From contig JBNRMN010000003.1 of NCBI GenBank assembly GCA_050309605.1, positions 1 through 64,000 on the forward strand: 64,000 nucleotides of DNA. The letters run 5' to 3'. Shown in pieces: positions 49,966-60,123 of this stretch. The stretch is from Anaerohalosphaeraceae bacterium. GTDB lineage: Bacteria; Planctomycetota; Phycisphaerae; Sedimentisphaerales; Anaerohalosphaeraceae. The stretch's first letter is position 1; each line of letters starts with the position of its first letter. Below the pieces are notes generated by a model. The model was given only the letters and a program-made list of their open reading frames with translations, ran no database searches and had not been told where the DNA came from. Position numbers and translations under genes: made by a program.

Positions 49966-51370
49966 AAACCCGATACGGTGTCGCCCGCACCTGCGCCCCG
50001 GCGACGTCAAGGCCGATCTTGAGTCGTTGGCACAAGTCGTCGCCGCCAAAGACGCCCCGGCGATTGTGGGCGGCAACGCGTCCGTCAAAGGCGTCAGCAT
50101 TTTCGCCGCCGAACCGGTCGAAACCTTTGAGTTTCATCTCCACGAAAGCCGCCCGTTTGAAAAACTGCGGCGTTTCTTGTCCCGATACACACTGACCCCA
50201 ACCGATTGGCCCAACGGCCTTTTCAGCGGCGGCTGGATCGGTTATTTCGGCTATGAACTGGGGCGTTTCATTGAAACCCTGCCGCAGCGAGCCTGCGACG
50301 ATATCGGTCTGCCGGTCATCCGTCTGGCGTTTTATGACAAGGCGATCCTCTATGACCACACCCATCACACATTTGCATTTGTCGCCGTTGAGATGGACGA
50401 CCATGAGTCGGTCGAATCCAAATTCGCCGTGCTGGCCGGGTGGCTCAATGAAGCGGCGCACACCCCCGCCCATCCACTCGAACATATCAAGCCCTATGAG
50501 TACGCCCCTTCGGCCTTCCAAATCAATATGACCCAAGCGGCGTATTTTGCGGCCTTGCGGCGTATCCATCGGCACATCATCGACGGCGACGTCTATCAAA
50601 TCAACTTTTCGCAGCGATTTTCGACGCCGTTTTCCGCTCGCTGCATCGATTTATTCCGTCGGGTGAATCACAACAACCCCAGCCCCTATGCGGCCTATCT
50701 GGCCTGGGACAACTCAGCCGTCGTCAGCGCCTCGCCGGAGCTGTTTCTCGACGTTCGCAAAGACCGCGTCCGCACCTGCCCGATCAAAGGAACCCGCCCG
50801 CGAAATCCCATGCTGCCGGACAGCGCCCCGACCAATCAGGCGCACTGCACCGCCCTGCTTGACAGCGAAAAAGACCGGGCTGAATTGGCGATGATTGTTG
50901 ATCTGGAGCGTAACGATCTGGCGCGGGTGTGTGTACCCGGCAGCCGTTACGTCTCTTGTCCGCGTCGAATCGAAATCTTCCCCACGGTCTATCACGCCGT
51001 CGCCGAGGTCGAAGGCCGTCTGGCCCAACCGCCCGGCCCCGACCGCATTGAAGTCTTACTCAGGGCGACCTTCCCCGGCGGCTCCATTACCGGCGCACCC
51101 AAAATCCGAGCAATGGAAATTATTGACGTCCTCGAACCGACCGCACGCAGCATCTATACCGGCAGCATCGGCTGGATCGGCCTGAATTTCGATATGTGCC
51201 TGAACATTGCTATAAGGACCGTCGTCGTCCACAACGAAGTCGCCTTTGTTCAAACCGGCGGCGGCATCGTCGCTGATTCCGACCCGCAATCCGAGCGGGA
51301 TGAGTCCCTGACCAAAGCCGGGGCATTGCTGGCGGGGATACAAAACACACCAATACATATTCAAATATGA
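49949..51370 (+). CDS. pabB: Chorismate-binding enzyme, aminodeoxychorismate synthase component I-like
   Basis: GWIGYFGYE, GDVYQINF, SPELF, PIKGTRPR, MIVDLERNDL, FPGGSITGAPK. Confidence 0.8.
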   Translation: MTSRTENPIRCRPHLRPGDVKADLESLAQVVAAKDAPAIVGGNASVKGVSIFAAEPVETFEFHLHESRPFEKLRRFLSRYTLTPTDWPNGLFSGGWIGYFGYELGRFIETLPQRACDDIGLPVIRLAFYDKAILYDHTHHTFAFVAVEMDDHESVESKFAVLAGWLNEAAHTPAHPLEHIKPYEYAPSAFQINMTQAAYFAALRRIHRHIIDGDVYQINFSQRFSTPFSARCIDLFRRVNHNNPSPYAAYLAWDNSAVVSASPELFLDVRKDRVRTCPIKGTRPRNPMLPDSAPTNQAHCTALLDSEKDRAELAMIVDLERNDLARVCVPGSRYVSCPRRIEIFPTVYHAVAEVEGRLAQPPGPDRIEVLLRATFPGGSITGAPKIRAMEIIDVLEPTARSIYTGSIGWIGLNFDMCLNIAIRTVVVHNEVAFVQTGGGIVADSDPQSERDESLTKAGALLAGIQNTPIHIQI

Positions 51371-51388
51371 ATATGTATGTTCTTTTTT
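51353..51388 (+). terminator. AT-rich 11-bp inverted repeat with U-tract (terminator or operator)
   Basis: ATACATATTCA-AATA-TGAATATGTAT followed by GTTCTTTTTT; overlaps the pabB stop. Confidence 0.5.
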
Positions 51389-51503
51389 GGGACAATGCAT
51401 AAATTATTTTGACTTGATTGCATTATTATGAGAAAGTAGGGCGTTATTTTGGAGGGGGAGTCGTTGCATGATTCACGGTGATACGATTTCGGAAAGGACC
51501 ACA

Positions 51504-52949
51504 ATGCAGCTCATCAAGCGTCGTGATTTTATGAAACAGTCCGCCGCCGTTACAGCGGGACTGATGACCGCATCACTGCCGAGCCGTATTCTCGGCGCCA
51601 ATGAAGATATTCGCGTCGGCGTCATCGGCGTCGGCCTGAACGGTTCCAACCTGGCCGAGCGCGTCAGCAGAATCCGCGGCGCCCGGCTGGTCGCCATGGC
51701 CGATCCTGACCCGGCCTATCAAATGCAATCCCTCAAAGACAAATTGGCCGGCGCCGATAATCCGGTTCATGTCGAGACCATGACCGATTTTCGTCGGCTG
51801 CTCGACCGCAAAGATATTGACGCGGTCATTATTGCTTCGTGCAATCACTGGCACGTGCTGCACAGTATTTACGCCCTGCAGGCCGGCAAACACGTGTATG
51901 TTGAAAAACCCCTCTCGCACAATGTATGGGAGGGGCGTCAACTGCTCAATTTGGTCAATAAGACCGATCTGGTTGTCGAAACAGGCGTTCACCATCGGTC
52001 GCGGGAATGCTGGCCGCAGATCAGGGAATTTCTCAAAGAAGGCAAGCTCGGACGTGTGCTGGCCTCGCGCGGGTTATGCTACCGGCTCCGCGACGGCATC
52101 GGCAAGCTGGATACACCCCGCACCCCCCCGGCCACCTGCGATTACGACCTGTGGCTCGGCCCGGCGGACGATGAACCGCTGATGCGTCCGCAGTTCCATT
52201 ACGACTGGCATTGGGTCTGGAACACCGGCAACGGAGACATCGGCAATCAGGGTATCCATCAGGTCGATATCAGCCGGTGGCTGATTGATCAGGACCGCTA
52301 TCCGGAGCACATCTTCAGTATCGGCGGACGACTGGGAGTTGACGACGCCGCCGAAACACCCAACACACAAGTGATTTACTTTGATTATAAGCCCATCCCG
52401 CTGATCTTTGAAGTCCGCAATCTGCCCGTGGAGCCGGGCATCCGCGCCATGCCGGTCTATAAAAACGCCCGCGTCGGCTCCATTCTTGAATGCGAAGAAG
52501 GGTTTATTTCCGAGTCGGCCGCCTATGACAAAAACGGACGACGCATTCAGCAATTCGAAGATCGCGGCGGCGGCAACCATTTGCCCAACTTTATTGAAGC
52601 GGTCCGCAGCAATCGGCCCGACAAGGTCGCCTGCCCCATTCGGGACAGCCATTTATCCTCGGCCCTGTGCCATTTCGGCAATATCTCCCATCGCATCGGA
52701 CAAGCCGCCTCTCCGGTGAAAATCGCCGAGATCATGCAGTATAATCCGCTGGTCGCCGAGGCCTGGCATCGCGGTCTTGACAATCTCAAGATCAATCACG
52801 TTGATGTACAAAAAGACAACGCCGTGCTCGGCGCTGTCCTGCGCATCGACAACGACGCTGAACAAATCACCGGCCCCTTTGCCGAGCTGGGCAACCCCCT
52901 GCTCAAACGCACCGGCCGATCACCCTGGGTGATACCGGAAATCACATAA
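51504..52949 (+). CDS. Tat-exported Gfo/Idh/MocA oxidoreductase
   Basis: KRRDFMK twin-arginine signal, VIGVG, GKHVYVEKP, YDLWLGPA, GDIGNQGIH; AAGGA RBS. Confidence 0.92.
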   Translation: MQLIKRRDFMKQSAAVTAGLMTASLPSRILGANEDIRVGVIGVGLNGSNLAERVSRIRGARLVAMADPDPAYQMQSLKDKLAGADNPVHVETMTDFRRLLDRKDIDAVIIASCNHWHVLHSIYALQAGKHVYVEKPLSHNVWEGRQLLNLVNKTDLVVETGVHHRSRECWPQIREFLKEGKLGRVLASRGLCYRLRDGIGKLDTPRTPPATCDYDLWLGPADDEPLMRPQFHYDWHWVWNTGNGDIGNQGIHQVDISRWLIDQDRYPEHIFSIGGRLGVDDAAETPNTQVIYFDYKPIPLIFEVRNLPVEPGIRAMPVYKNARVGSILECEEGFISESAAYDKNGRRIQQFEDRGGGNHLPNFIEAVRSNRPDKVACPIRDSHLSSALCHFGNISHRIGQAASPVKIAEIMQYNPLVAEAWHRGLDNLKINHVDVQKDNAVLGAVLRIDNDAEQITGPFAELGNPLLKRTGRSPWVIPEIT

Positions 52950-53016
52950 GACAAACTGCTTCCCGGCCGCGGCCAACACCCAAACCGCAGGCCGGAACCC
53001 GGACAAACGCGAGAAA

Positions 53017-53322
53017 TCAGAGGATTTCGTTGCGCGTTTTGCCATCCATGGCGCCGTCTTCGCCGTCGATGATCTCAACCATCTTTCGGATTTCTTCGTC
53101 GTCCAGAATCCCTTTGCCGGTCAGCAGACGAATCAGCGCCGCAATGTACAACTTCAGTTGGTCGCATTCCCGCTGAACCGCCATCAGTTCCGCATCCTGC
53201 GACTGGCCTTCGTCGTGCATCTGCATCAGCGATTCTTTTAGTACCTTGATGTCCTTTTCGCACTCGGCGATATCCAGCCGATTGCCGACATCACCCAAAA
53301 AAAATGTACGTCCCCAGCCCAT
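53017..53322 (-). CDS. Hypothetical coiled-coil protein, 101 aa
   Basis: AAGGA RBS, heptad pattern; co-oriented with the upstream genes. Confidence 0.7.
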   Translation of the reverse strand: MGWGRTFFLGDVGNRLDIAECEKDIKVLKESLMQMHDEGQSQDAELMAVQRECDQLKLYIAALIRLLTGKGILDDEEIRKMVEIIDGEDGAMDGKTRNEIL

Positions 53323-53382
53323 AAAGATCCTTTATCATTAAGATTGGCACGGTCAAACATCGTCTTAACGCTTAAACAGACG

Positions 53383-55221
53383 TTAATTCGATGTCTCCGG
53401 TGGTGCGGGAATATCCATCATCTCCATCAAAAAGCCGTCCGGACGGGTGCGAATCCAACTGAGACTCAGCCCGAAATAGGAACGCACTTTTTCAAAGTCC
53501 GGAAGCGCTTCAAACGCCGGCAGCAGGGAAGCAACCCAGTCATTTTGAATATCCAGTTCAATCAGGCCGCTCAGTTTGCCGCTTTTCAGAGTGGCCCAGG
53601 CCTGTTGTCCGGCCATCTGCATATGCTCAATCGTCGCCATTCCCGCATCGGGCGGAACCTGTGACATCGCCCGACGATACCACGCCTTCTCGCTCAGCGA
53701 TTCGGCCTGCGGCCGGCTCAGACGCTGAATCGCCTTTTCCACGGCAATCTGCCCGCCCCAGAGCAGATGCGTCTGGGTCACGGCCAGCGCCAAAGCGTTT
53801 TCGCGCGTCTGCTGCGTATCCATTCCCGTCATAAGCAAACTCTCCAGCGGAATCGCATACAGCGTATAACCCAGATAGTCCCGCTGCAACTCCGGACGAC
53901 CGGCGGCCAGAAACTGGCTGTGCAGCCCCGCGACGGACCGATTGAGCCGCTCGGCGTTGCGTACCGCTACGGCAAACAGTTGCTCTTCGCGAAAACCGTC
54001 CTCTTTCGTCGGGTCGGTCTCAACGCTGCTGAAATAGATCATCTGGTCGCCCAAATTGTCCAGCAGGTCGTCTTTAAGAATGACGCCGGGTGACCCGTCG
54101 GCCTGCGGCGGCGTAATCGGATTGTTCATCACGGCCGCAAACATCGGATTGATCGCCGTCAGCATCCGAAACAACTCCGCCGTTGCGGACGGAATGTCGA
54201 GATTGATGAAGGCCATCTGCCCGGCCTGCGGATCAACAAACACCGGCGGACGAAACGGCTTGCCGGCCATTTCCAGCATTTTCAAGATGCCGCGACGGGG
54301 ACTGCCGGCAGCCAGCAGGGCTTTGATGCTGCAATCCGTCCCGACCGACGGCGCAATCGCCATCGCCGCCGACAAGCCGGACAAACCGTCCAGACCCAGT
54401 GACGCCAATTCCTTGCGCATAGCGCCGGCGGCCTCTTCATCGCCGGACATAAAAGCCTTTTCCAGCAGCAGCCGTAAATTCAAGTACAGCTCCGCATCAT
54501 ACCGCGGCCCGACCGCCCGGCGCGACCGCTGATAGTCCGCATCATCGGCCAGGGTCCGGCTTTGCGCCCCGCCGAGCTGGCCCAGCGTAAATTGAACCGC
54601 CGCCAGATCGTTGCTGACCAAAAGGCTGTCGTCAAAAAAACAATAATAAGTCGGCCTCGGCTCAGGCGGATCCATAGCAGGACTTTGCGAGTCTGCCTCG
54701 AGCGCCGGAGCGGGCTTTTGCATCGTGATGATGTCATAACCGCGATAGCGTTCCAGTTTTCGGTGAGCACCATCATCAACCTGCTTTTGAAATCCTCTTT
54801 CGATGATCTCGCGCACCTGCTGACTGTGCCGGCCCCACTGCACCAGCCCCAGCAAAGACGGCTCGGATTCCCATAGCGGTTGGTCTTTCGGAAAACGGGC
54901 CGCCAACAGGAGCCGTCCGGGCGGCAGCAGGCCGTCCTGGGCCATCACGCGCAGCAGCTCATCATTGTGCTCCTGAACAAACGAGTCAAGCTGCGTTTTA
55001 AGTTTGTCAACAAACGGCTGCATGGACGGATCTTTATACAGGCCATACAAACGGGTTTTCTCCAGTTGCTCTATCGCCTGCTCAGCGTAGTTGACAGTCA
55101 GCATCATCACCGTATCCGGCCCAAGCAGTTGCGCACTGTCCGGCAGAACGGTAGGTTGGGCACACACCATCGAAATCATCGACATCAAAAATCCGGCCGG
55201 CAATCCGTAAATCCGCAGCAT
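53383..55221 (-). CDS. Exported hypothetical protein, 612 aa
   Basis: AAGGAG RBS, signal peptide, two similar beta-rich halves (ERYRGYDI / RDYLGYTL). Confidence 0.75.
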   Translation of the reverse strand: MLRIYGLPAGFLMSMISMVCAQPTVLPDSAQLLGPDTVMMLTVNYAEQAIEQLEKTRLYGLYKDPSMQPFVDKLKTQLDSFVQEHNDELLRVMAQDGLLPPGRLLLAARFPKDQPLWESEPSLLGLVQWGRHSQQVREIIERGFQKQVDDGAHRKLERYRGYDIITMQKPAPALEADSQSPAMDPPEPRPTYYCFFDDSLLVSNDLAAVQFTLGQLGGAQSRTLADDADYQRSRRAVGPRYDAELYLNLRLLLEKAFMSGDEEAAGAMRKELASLGLDGLSGLSAAMAIAPSVGTDCSIKALLAAGSPRRGILKMLEMAGKPFRPPVFVDPQAGQMAFINLDIPSATAELFRMLTAINPMFAAVMNNPITPPQADGSPGVILKDDLLDNLGDQMIYFSSVETDPTKEDGFREEQLFAVAVRNAERLNRSVAGLHSQFLAAGRPELQRDYLGYTLYAIPLESLLMTGMDTQQTRENALALAVTQTHLLWGGQIAVEKAIQRLSRPQAESLSEKAWYRRAMSQVPPDAGMATIEHMQMAGQQAWATLKSGKLSGLIELDIQNDWVASLLPAFEALPDFEKVRSYFGLSLSWIRTRPDGFLMEMMDIPAPPETSN

Positions 55222-55254
55222 GAAAGCTCCTTTTCAGTTTAAGAGTGTGATATA

Positions 55255-56235
55255 TTAAAATTCTGACAAATCAGGCGTTTCCTTATTGAGCCGTGCATCG
55301 GGCTGTAAATAGCGGTATCCGGTATTGGGATTGTCTTTGTCATAAGCGAAGGACTCATAGTGGTCGATAAAGTCGCGCACGTAGTGAATCGGAATCGCAA
55401 AGCCCAGCCCGCCGAATTGTCGGGCGCTCATATTGGCCACGCCGATCACGCGCCCGGCCATATCAAACAGCGGCCCGCCGGAGTTGCCCGGATTCAGGTC
55501 GGCGTTGGTCTGGATATAAACCAGCCCCTCAAACGCCCGACTGACCGTCGTAATGGTCCCCTCGCTCAGGGAACGTTCCAGCCCCAGCGGATTGCCCACG
55601 GCAAATGTGCTCTGCCCGACTTGAACCGTACCCGGACGGGACAGCGAAACAAACGGAAAGGCCTCCGTCGCATCGTCCTGTACCTTCAGCAGCGCCAAAT
55701 CGATAAACGGATTGAGCGCAACAATACGGACATCGCGAAAATTCCGGCGTTCAAAACCGCTGCGGCTCTGTTCAAACAGCGTCACCGTAATCTGCGTCTC
55801 CCGTTCGATGACGTGGTAATTGGTAATCAAATACCCCTGGGGGTTGATGAAAAATCCCGACCCCAGACCGACCGGCGTCGAAACCATCACCACCGCGGGA
55901 CTGACCATTTTGTAGCACTCTTCCAGCGTTCTGATTTGCGACTCGGCGGTATGATACAGGCTGTCTGCGGCAACGAATGCCGGAACGCCTTCTTCGGGAT
56001 CCGGCTGGTTCGGGTCATGCGCGCTCACTTCCGGCTCCAGGGCGACAATATGTGCTTTGGGAACAACCAGGACCGTGTATCCCAAATCCAAAACCACCCC
56101 TGACGCACGATCCGCCAGAACCGGCGCTGTCAGCCGTGCCCCCGAATCAAGCACAAGAGTGTCCGCTTTGACGAGAACCCCCAAAAACAGCATCATCCCC
56201 GCCGCATACATCGCTAAGAATTGTTTGTGTGCCAT
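55255..56235 (-). CDS. Exported trypsin-like (S1C) serine protease without PDZ domain
   Basis: GSGFFI, TNYHV, DLALL, GNPLG, NPGNSGGPL triad; CAGGAG RBS. Confidence 0.92.
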   Translation of the reverse strand: MAHKQFLAMYAAGMMLFLGVLVKADTLVLDSGARLTAPVLADRASGVVLDLGYTVLVVPKAHIVALEPEVSAHDPNQPDPEEGVPAFVAADSLYHTAESQIRTLEECYKMVSPAVVMVSTPVGLGSGFFINPQGYLITNYHVIERETQITVTLFEQSRSGFERRNFRDVRIVALNPFIDLALLKVQDDATEAFPFVSLSRPGTVQVGQSTFAVGNPLGLERSLSEGTITTVSRAFEGLVYIQTNADLNPGNSGGPLFDMAGRVIGVANMSARQFGGLGFAIPIHYVRDFIDHYESFAYDKDNPNTGYRYLQPDARLNKETPDLSEF

Positions 56236-56832
56236 GATCAGGCTCCTGAACAATACAGATTATGGATTCTTTAATTATAAGGTTTTTGCCGATTCGAGAA
56301 ACGCAAAATTTCACGATTTCGAAAAAATCGACTTATGAACTCTATCGGCTCATGCCGGTCGAAACATAAGTCTTCCAGCAGGTCCGATAGTATCCTGCCT
56401 GAGCGGGATGAATAGAAAGGGTGTTAAGTTATGCAAACATCGCAAGATATTGTGTATTACCTACATTTTCCAGCTTGCCATTGAACAATAGAATCAGTAG
56501 TCGATACACAAGGGCCGGATAACGTTTTTCTGGATTAAAATAAGGATTTTCCCGATTTATTCGAGATAAAGTACTGAGTATAAAAGATTAAAGGTTTTTA
56601 GAAAAAAATTGAAGTTTGACGGTTCGAACTGACGATATCAGTATTGCAACGGTTGCATATGCGTAATTGCAGCCGACAAATGACATACAAGATGTTGTGG
56701 GTGAAGAAAAAGCAAGAGGCCTCATAAGGATTCGAGGACGCAATGAACGCAGGCGACAGACACGCTGTTGCCGGTCGCTGATACGGCAGGGAAGGCCGAA
56801 TGAGCGATCCATCATGAGGTTGGATTAAAGAT

Positions 56833-57147
56833 ATGGAAAATTCGAAAACAAGACGATTTCAATTGGAGATGCGGCGACTGGCGGAACGGCAATGTCGGGT
56901 ACGCATCGGCAAAGCCGAGCAGCAGTTGTGCTGGGCCTCGCCCGATTTTCCGACCGAGCGCGTTATCCATCATCTTGAAACCAATCCGATTGGGCGCCTG
57001 TTGAAGCTGATTGCCGCCCTGCCGGAGGTTCGCTACGAAAAAATCAAACACGCCCGACGGCAGCTTTCACTGTCCGACGAGGCGCTCAATGAACGGCTGG
57101 ATTTGGCGCTCGACCGCGTGCTTGAAGAATTGACGACCGAAGGATAA
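56833..57147 (+). CDS. FlgM-like (anti-sigma-28-like) small protein
   Basis: C-terminal LIAALPEVRYEKIKHARRQL...ERLDLALDRVLEEL resembles the FlgM sigma-binding tail. Confidence 0.5.
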   Translation: MENSKTRRFQLEMRRLAERQCRVRIGKAEQQLCWASPDFPTERVIHHLETNPIGRLLKLIAALPEVRYEKIKHARRQLSLSDEALNERLDLALDRVLEELTTEG

Positions 57148-57246
57148 CACCGACAACGCAAACCCGCTTCACCGCGGTCAAACATCGGTTCCCACGTTCA
57201 GCGGACGGGAGAGGACAGTCTTCGGCGTCGAGGAGAGCAATTCCGA

Positions 57247-57687
57247 TCAATGATGCGACTCATCGGAATGATAGTCGTCTTCATCCAGACTGACCGGCTT
57301 ATAGCCCGGCTGTTTGGAACGTTCCACTTCCTCATCAAACGCGCGAAGGACAGTCTCCTGAATCAGCCGGCGACATTTGGCGTTGATGGGATGTGCGATG
57401 TCGGCGTGAAGCTTCGTTCGACCCTGCGAATCCGGATGGATGCGGTTGTCCGGCAGTTTGGCGCCGCACGTATTGCAAAATTTAGCCCGCAGGTAATTTT
57501 TCCCGCCGCACCGCGGACAATGATCGCTCATTTTGCGAGAGGGCATCGCAACGAACAAGCCGCCGGCGCCTTCGATGACTTTGATGTCCCGAATGACGAA
57601 TTCATTGTCGATGGTCATCGAGCAAAAGGCCTTGAGACGGTCGTCCGGGTTGGACACAAGTTTGACTCTGACTTCGCTGATTTCCAT
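57247..57687 (-). CDS. spoVG: SpoVG-family nucleic-acid-binding protein with zinc-ribbon insert
   Basis: [42 protein letters not shown]; insert CPRC..CNTC. Confidence 0.92.
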   Translation of the reverse strand: MEISEVRVKLVSNPDDRLKAFCSMTIDNEFVIRDIKVIEGAGGLFVAMPSRKMSDHCPRCGGKNYLRAKFCNTCGAKLPDNRIHPDSQGRTKLHADIAHPINAKCRRLIQETVLRAFDEEVERSKQPGYKPVSLDEDDYHSDESHH

Positions 57688-57705
57688 AGTCTGCCTCGCA
57701 TTTAA

Positions 57706-58596
57706 TTACCACCTATTGTCGTTGACGAACCTGCTGTCGCAGTTGAACGTGTCTTTGAGCCAACGCTGCAGCCGAGGCATCCGCTGTCGGTCGGGATTCA
57801 GGATATACATAGCCGATCCGCTTCCGCTCAGGCAGACCTTTTGGCCGCAGAAGGCTTGGCACTGTTGTTTCAGCTCTGCCAGCTCCCGATGTAACGAAAA
57901 ACAGCTTGTTTCCAGCATATTTGCGCATATTTGCACGATAGAATCAATACTCTTTTTCGCCGCGAGGGGTTTTATTTGAGCCGCCCAGCGCTCATAGGCG
58001 GTCTGATCGTGCGTGTAGTTTTCGTAAACACTTTTTGTTGAAACACTTACATTTGGCGTCAAAACCAGCGCCTCAAAGGCAATTTTTTGTTCCAACGGAC
58101 GGATTTTTTCGCCGCGTCCGGAACAAAAAGACGCCGGTCCATACAGAAAAAACGGAATGTCGCTGCCCAGTTCCGAGGCGATCTCGTGCAGCAGTTCCCT
58201 CGGCTGGCCCAGTGCGGCAAAGCGATTCAGCCCCAGCAAGGCCGCGGCTGCGTCGCTGCTGGCGCTGCCCAGACCGGTACCGGCAGGGATTTTTTTAGTC
58301 AGCGTAATCCGCAGCGGCGTGGAGCGATTGGCCGCTTCCAGCAGCCGACGGCACGCCCGATACACCAGGTTGTCCGGCCCGTCCGGTGCCCAGTGCGGCC
58401 CGGTACAGATCAGCTCAATCCCGTCGGTTCGACCCGGCTCAAACAGCAGCTCGTCATACCAGTTGATCTTGGCCATCAGCGTCTCAAGCTCATGAAACCC
58501 GTCCGGCCGCTTGCCGGCCACCAGCAAAAACAGATTGAGCTTGGCCGGCGCATACACCAGCAGCCCCCGCTCGGTCGTATTGAACTGTTCGGCCAT
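57706..58596 (-). CDS. ispE: 4-diphosphocytidyl-2-C-methyl-D-erythritol kinase
   Basis: APAKLNLFL, GFHEL, KKIPAGTGLGSASSDAA, LGSDIPFF, LSGSGS. Confidence 0.95.
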   Translation of the reverse strand: MAEQFNTTERGLLVYAPAKLNLFLLVAGKRPDGFHELETLMAKINWYDELLFEPGRTDGIELICTGPHWAPDGPDNLVYRACRRLLEAANRSTPLRITLTKKIPAGTGLGSASSDAAAALLGLNRFAALGQPRELLHEIASELGSDIPFFLYGPASFCSGRGEKIRPLEQKIAFEALVLTPNVSVSTKSVYENYTHDQTAYERWAAQIKPLAAKKSIDSIVQICANMLETSCFSLHRELAELKQQCQAFCGQKVCLSGSGSAMYILNPDRQRMPRLQRWLKDTFNCDSRFVNDNRW

Positions 58597-58682
58597 CGCA
58601 TTCCTTATGCTGAATTTCAGATGCGCTTTTTCTTTATTTTACCGCTGTGATTCATACAACGCAAATGATGTTCAGGGTGGGC

Positions 58683-58714
58683 AAAAAAAAGGGCGAACAC
58701 GTCGGTTCGCCCTT
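58683..58714 (-). terminator. Rho-independent terminator after the kinase gene
   Basis: AAGGGCGAAC-N6-GTTCGCCCTT stem with an 8-U tail on the minus strand. Confidence 0.85.
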
Positions 58715-58748
58715 CTGAAATTGTCAGGGTCTTGGGGCGGTGTCGCGA

Positions 58749-59828
58749 TCAGCGTTTGACGCGGGCGTTGCCCTGCCAGATGCTCCAGACCTGCTCTTCG
58801 TCGGCCGGCTGGCCGTAGTCAGTCAGCATGGTCGTGGCCAGTGCGCCGGTGGCCCAGCCGAACTGTGCCCATTTTTGTGAGTCCCAGCCTTTGAGGATGG
58901 CATAGAGCATACCGCCGACAAAGCCATCGCCGCCGCCGATGCGGTCCAGCACGGTAATTTCGCGCGGCTCGATGACGTGCCACTCGTCGCCGGCGGCCAT
59001 AATCGCTCCCCACAGGTGCAGATTAACGCTGACGACCTGCCGCAGCGTGGTCGCAAAGACCGACGCATTCGGAAAGGCCTTTTTGGCATTGTTGATCATG
59101 CCTTTGAAGCTTTCGATCTTGGCGGCGATGTCTTTTCCCCCGGCCTCCGGACCTTCCAGCCCCAGACACAACTGGAAATCTTCCTCATTGCCGACCAGAA
59201 TATCCGAGGCCTGAGCGATTTCGGTAAAAATCTCCCGCAGTTCCTGCTGGCGATCCTTCCAGAACGAAGCCCGATAGTTCAGGTCAAACGAGATGCGCGT
59301 GCCGTATTTTTTTGCCGTGCGGGCCAGTTCCAGACAAAATGTGCCCGTCTCCGGCGACAGGGCGGCAATCAGGCCGGACATATGCACAATCTGGACGCCC
59401 TCTTTGCCGAACAGACGGTCGAGGTCAAAATCCCTGACATTGAGCGTTCGCCCGACCTCGCCGGCCCGGTCGTTGTGCACCCGCGGCCCGCGGCTGCCGT
59501 AACCGCTGTCGGCCAGATTGAATTGATGCCGATAGCCCCACGGTCCGCCCTGCGGAACTTCTTTACCCTCGTAGTCCATATGGCGGCTGGCGAGATTATC
59601 TTTGATGAATCGGGCAATCGGGCTGTCCTTGACAAACGTCGTCAGCACCTTGACCGGAAGCCCCAGATACGATGCGACGCTGGCGACATTGGTCTCGGCG
59701 CTGGTGGCCTGCATCATCAGCATCTGGCCGCAATGCATCGGCTGGCCGTTGGTCGGCGTCAGACGAACACCCATACTGGTCGGCACAACAAGACTGTATT
59801 GGTACTCTTTTTTAAGTTCAATACTCAT
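58749..59828 (-). CDS. PfkB-family carbohydrate kinase (2-keto-3-deoxygluconate kinase-like)
   Basis: SFDLNYRASFW, GNEEDF, DRIGGGDGF. Confidence 0.88.
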   Translation of the reverse strand: MSIELKKEYQYSLVVPTSMGVRLTPTNGQPMHCGQMLMMQATSAETNVASVASYLGLPVKVLTTFVKDSPIARFIKDNLASRHMDYEGKEVPQGGPWGYRHQFNLADSGYGSRGPRVHNDRAGEVGRTLNVRDFDLDRLFGKEGVQIVHMSGLIAALSPETGTFCLELARTAKKYGTRISFDLNYRASFWKDRQQELREIFTEIAQASDILVGNEEDFQLCLGLEGPEAGGKDIAAKIESFKGMINNAKKAFPNASVFATTLRQVVSVNLHLWGAIMAAGDEWHVIEPREITVLDRIGGGDGFVGGMLYAILKGWDSQKWAQFGWATGALATTMLTDYGQPADEEQVWSIWQGNARVKR

Positions 59829-59906
59829 AACGACTTCCTTTCAATTGGCTCTAATTCGTGCGTTTACTGTGGCCGCATTTCTCTGTTATTGCTCACGACT
59901 TGAGGT

Positions 59907-59935
59907 ATTTTACAGTATCCGCCGCGGACAATCAA
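59907..59935 (-). promoter_or_regulatory. Promoter of the PfkB kinase gene
   Basis: Minus strand TTGATT-N17-TAAAAT. Confidence 0.55.
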
Positions 59936-60123
59936 GAGGCAAGTTTCAATCCGAGCGCACAATCAGACTGCTGATCTCCTGTCGGCCCACGTGTTAACGT
60001 TTTTTTTCGGTTTTTCCCGCAACGGCAGCCAGTCGGCGGCATCATTTGAATAGAAACTTCGAAAAAAGGTTGCAATTGCACAGAGGAATACTACAATTCC
60101 AGGCAATTGCAAAGGAGATGCCC

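Noticed and set aside
56700..56830. c-di-GMP-I-like riboswitch upstream of the FlgM-like gene (GCAA...GACGCAA)
   Set aside because: It lacks the GNRA tetraloop and receptor stem; the match is too partial to call without a covariance search.
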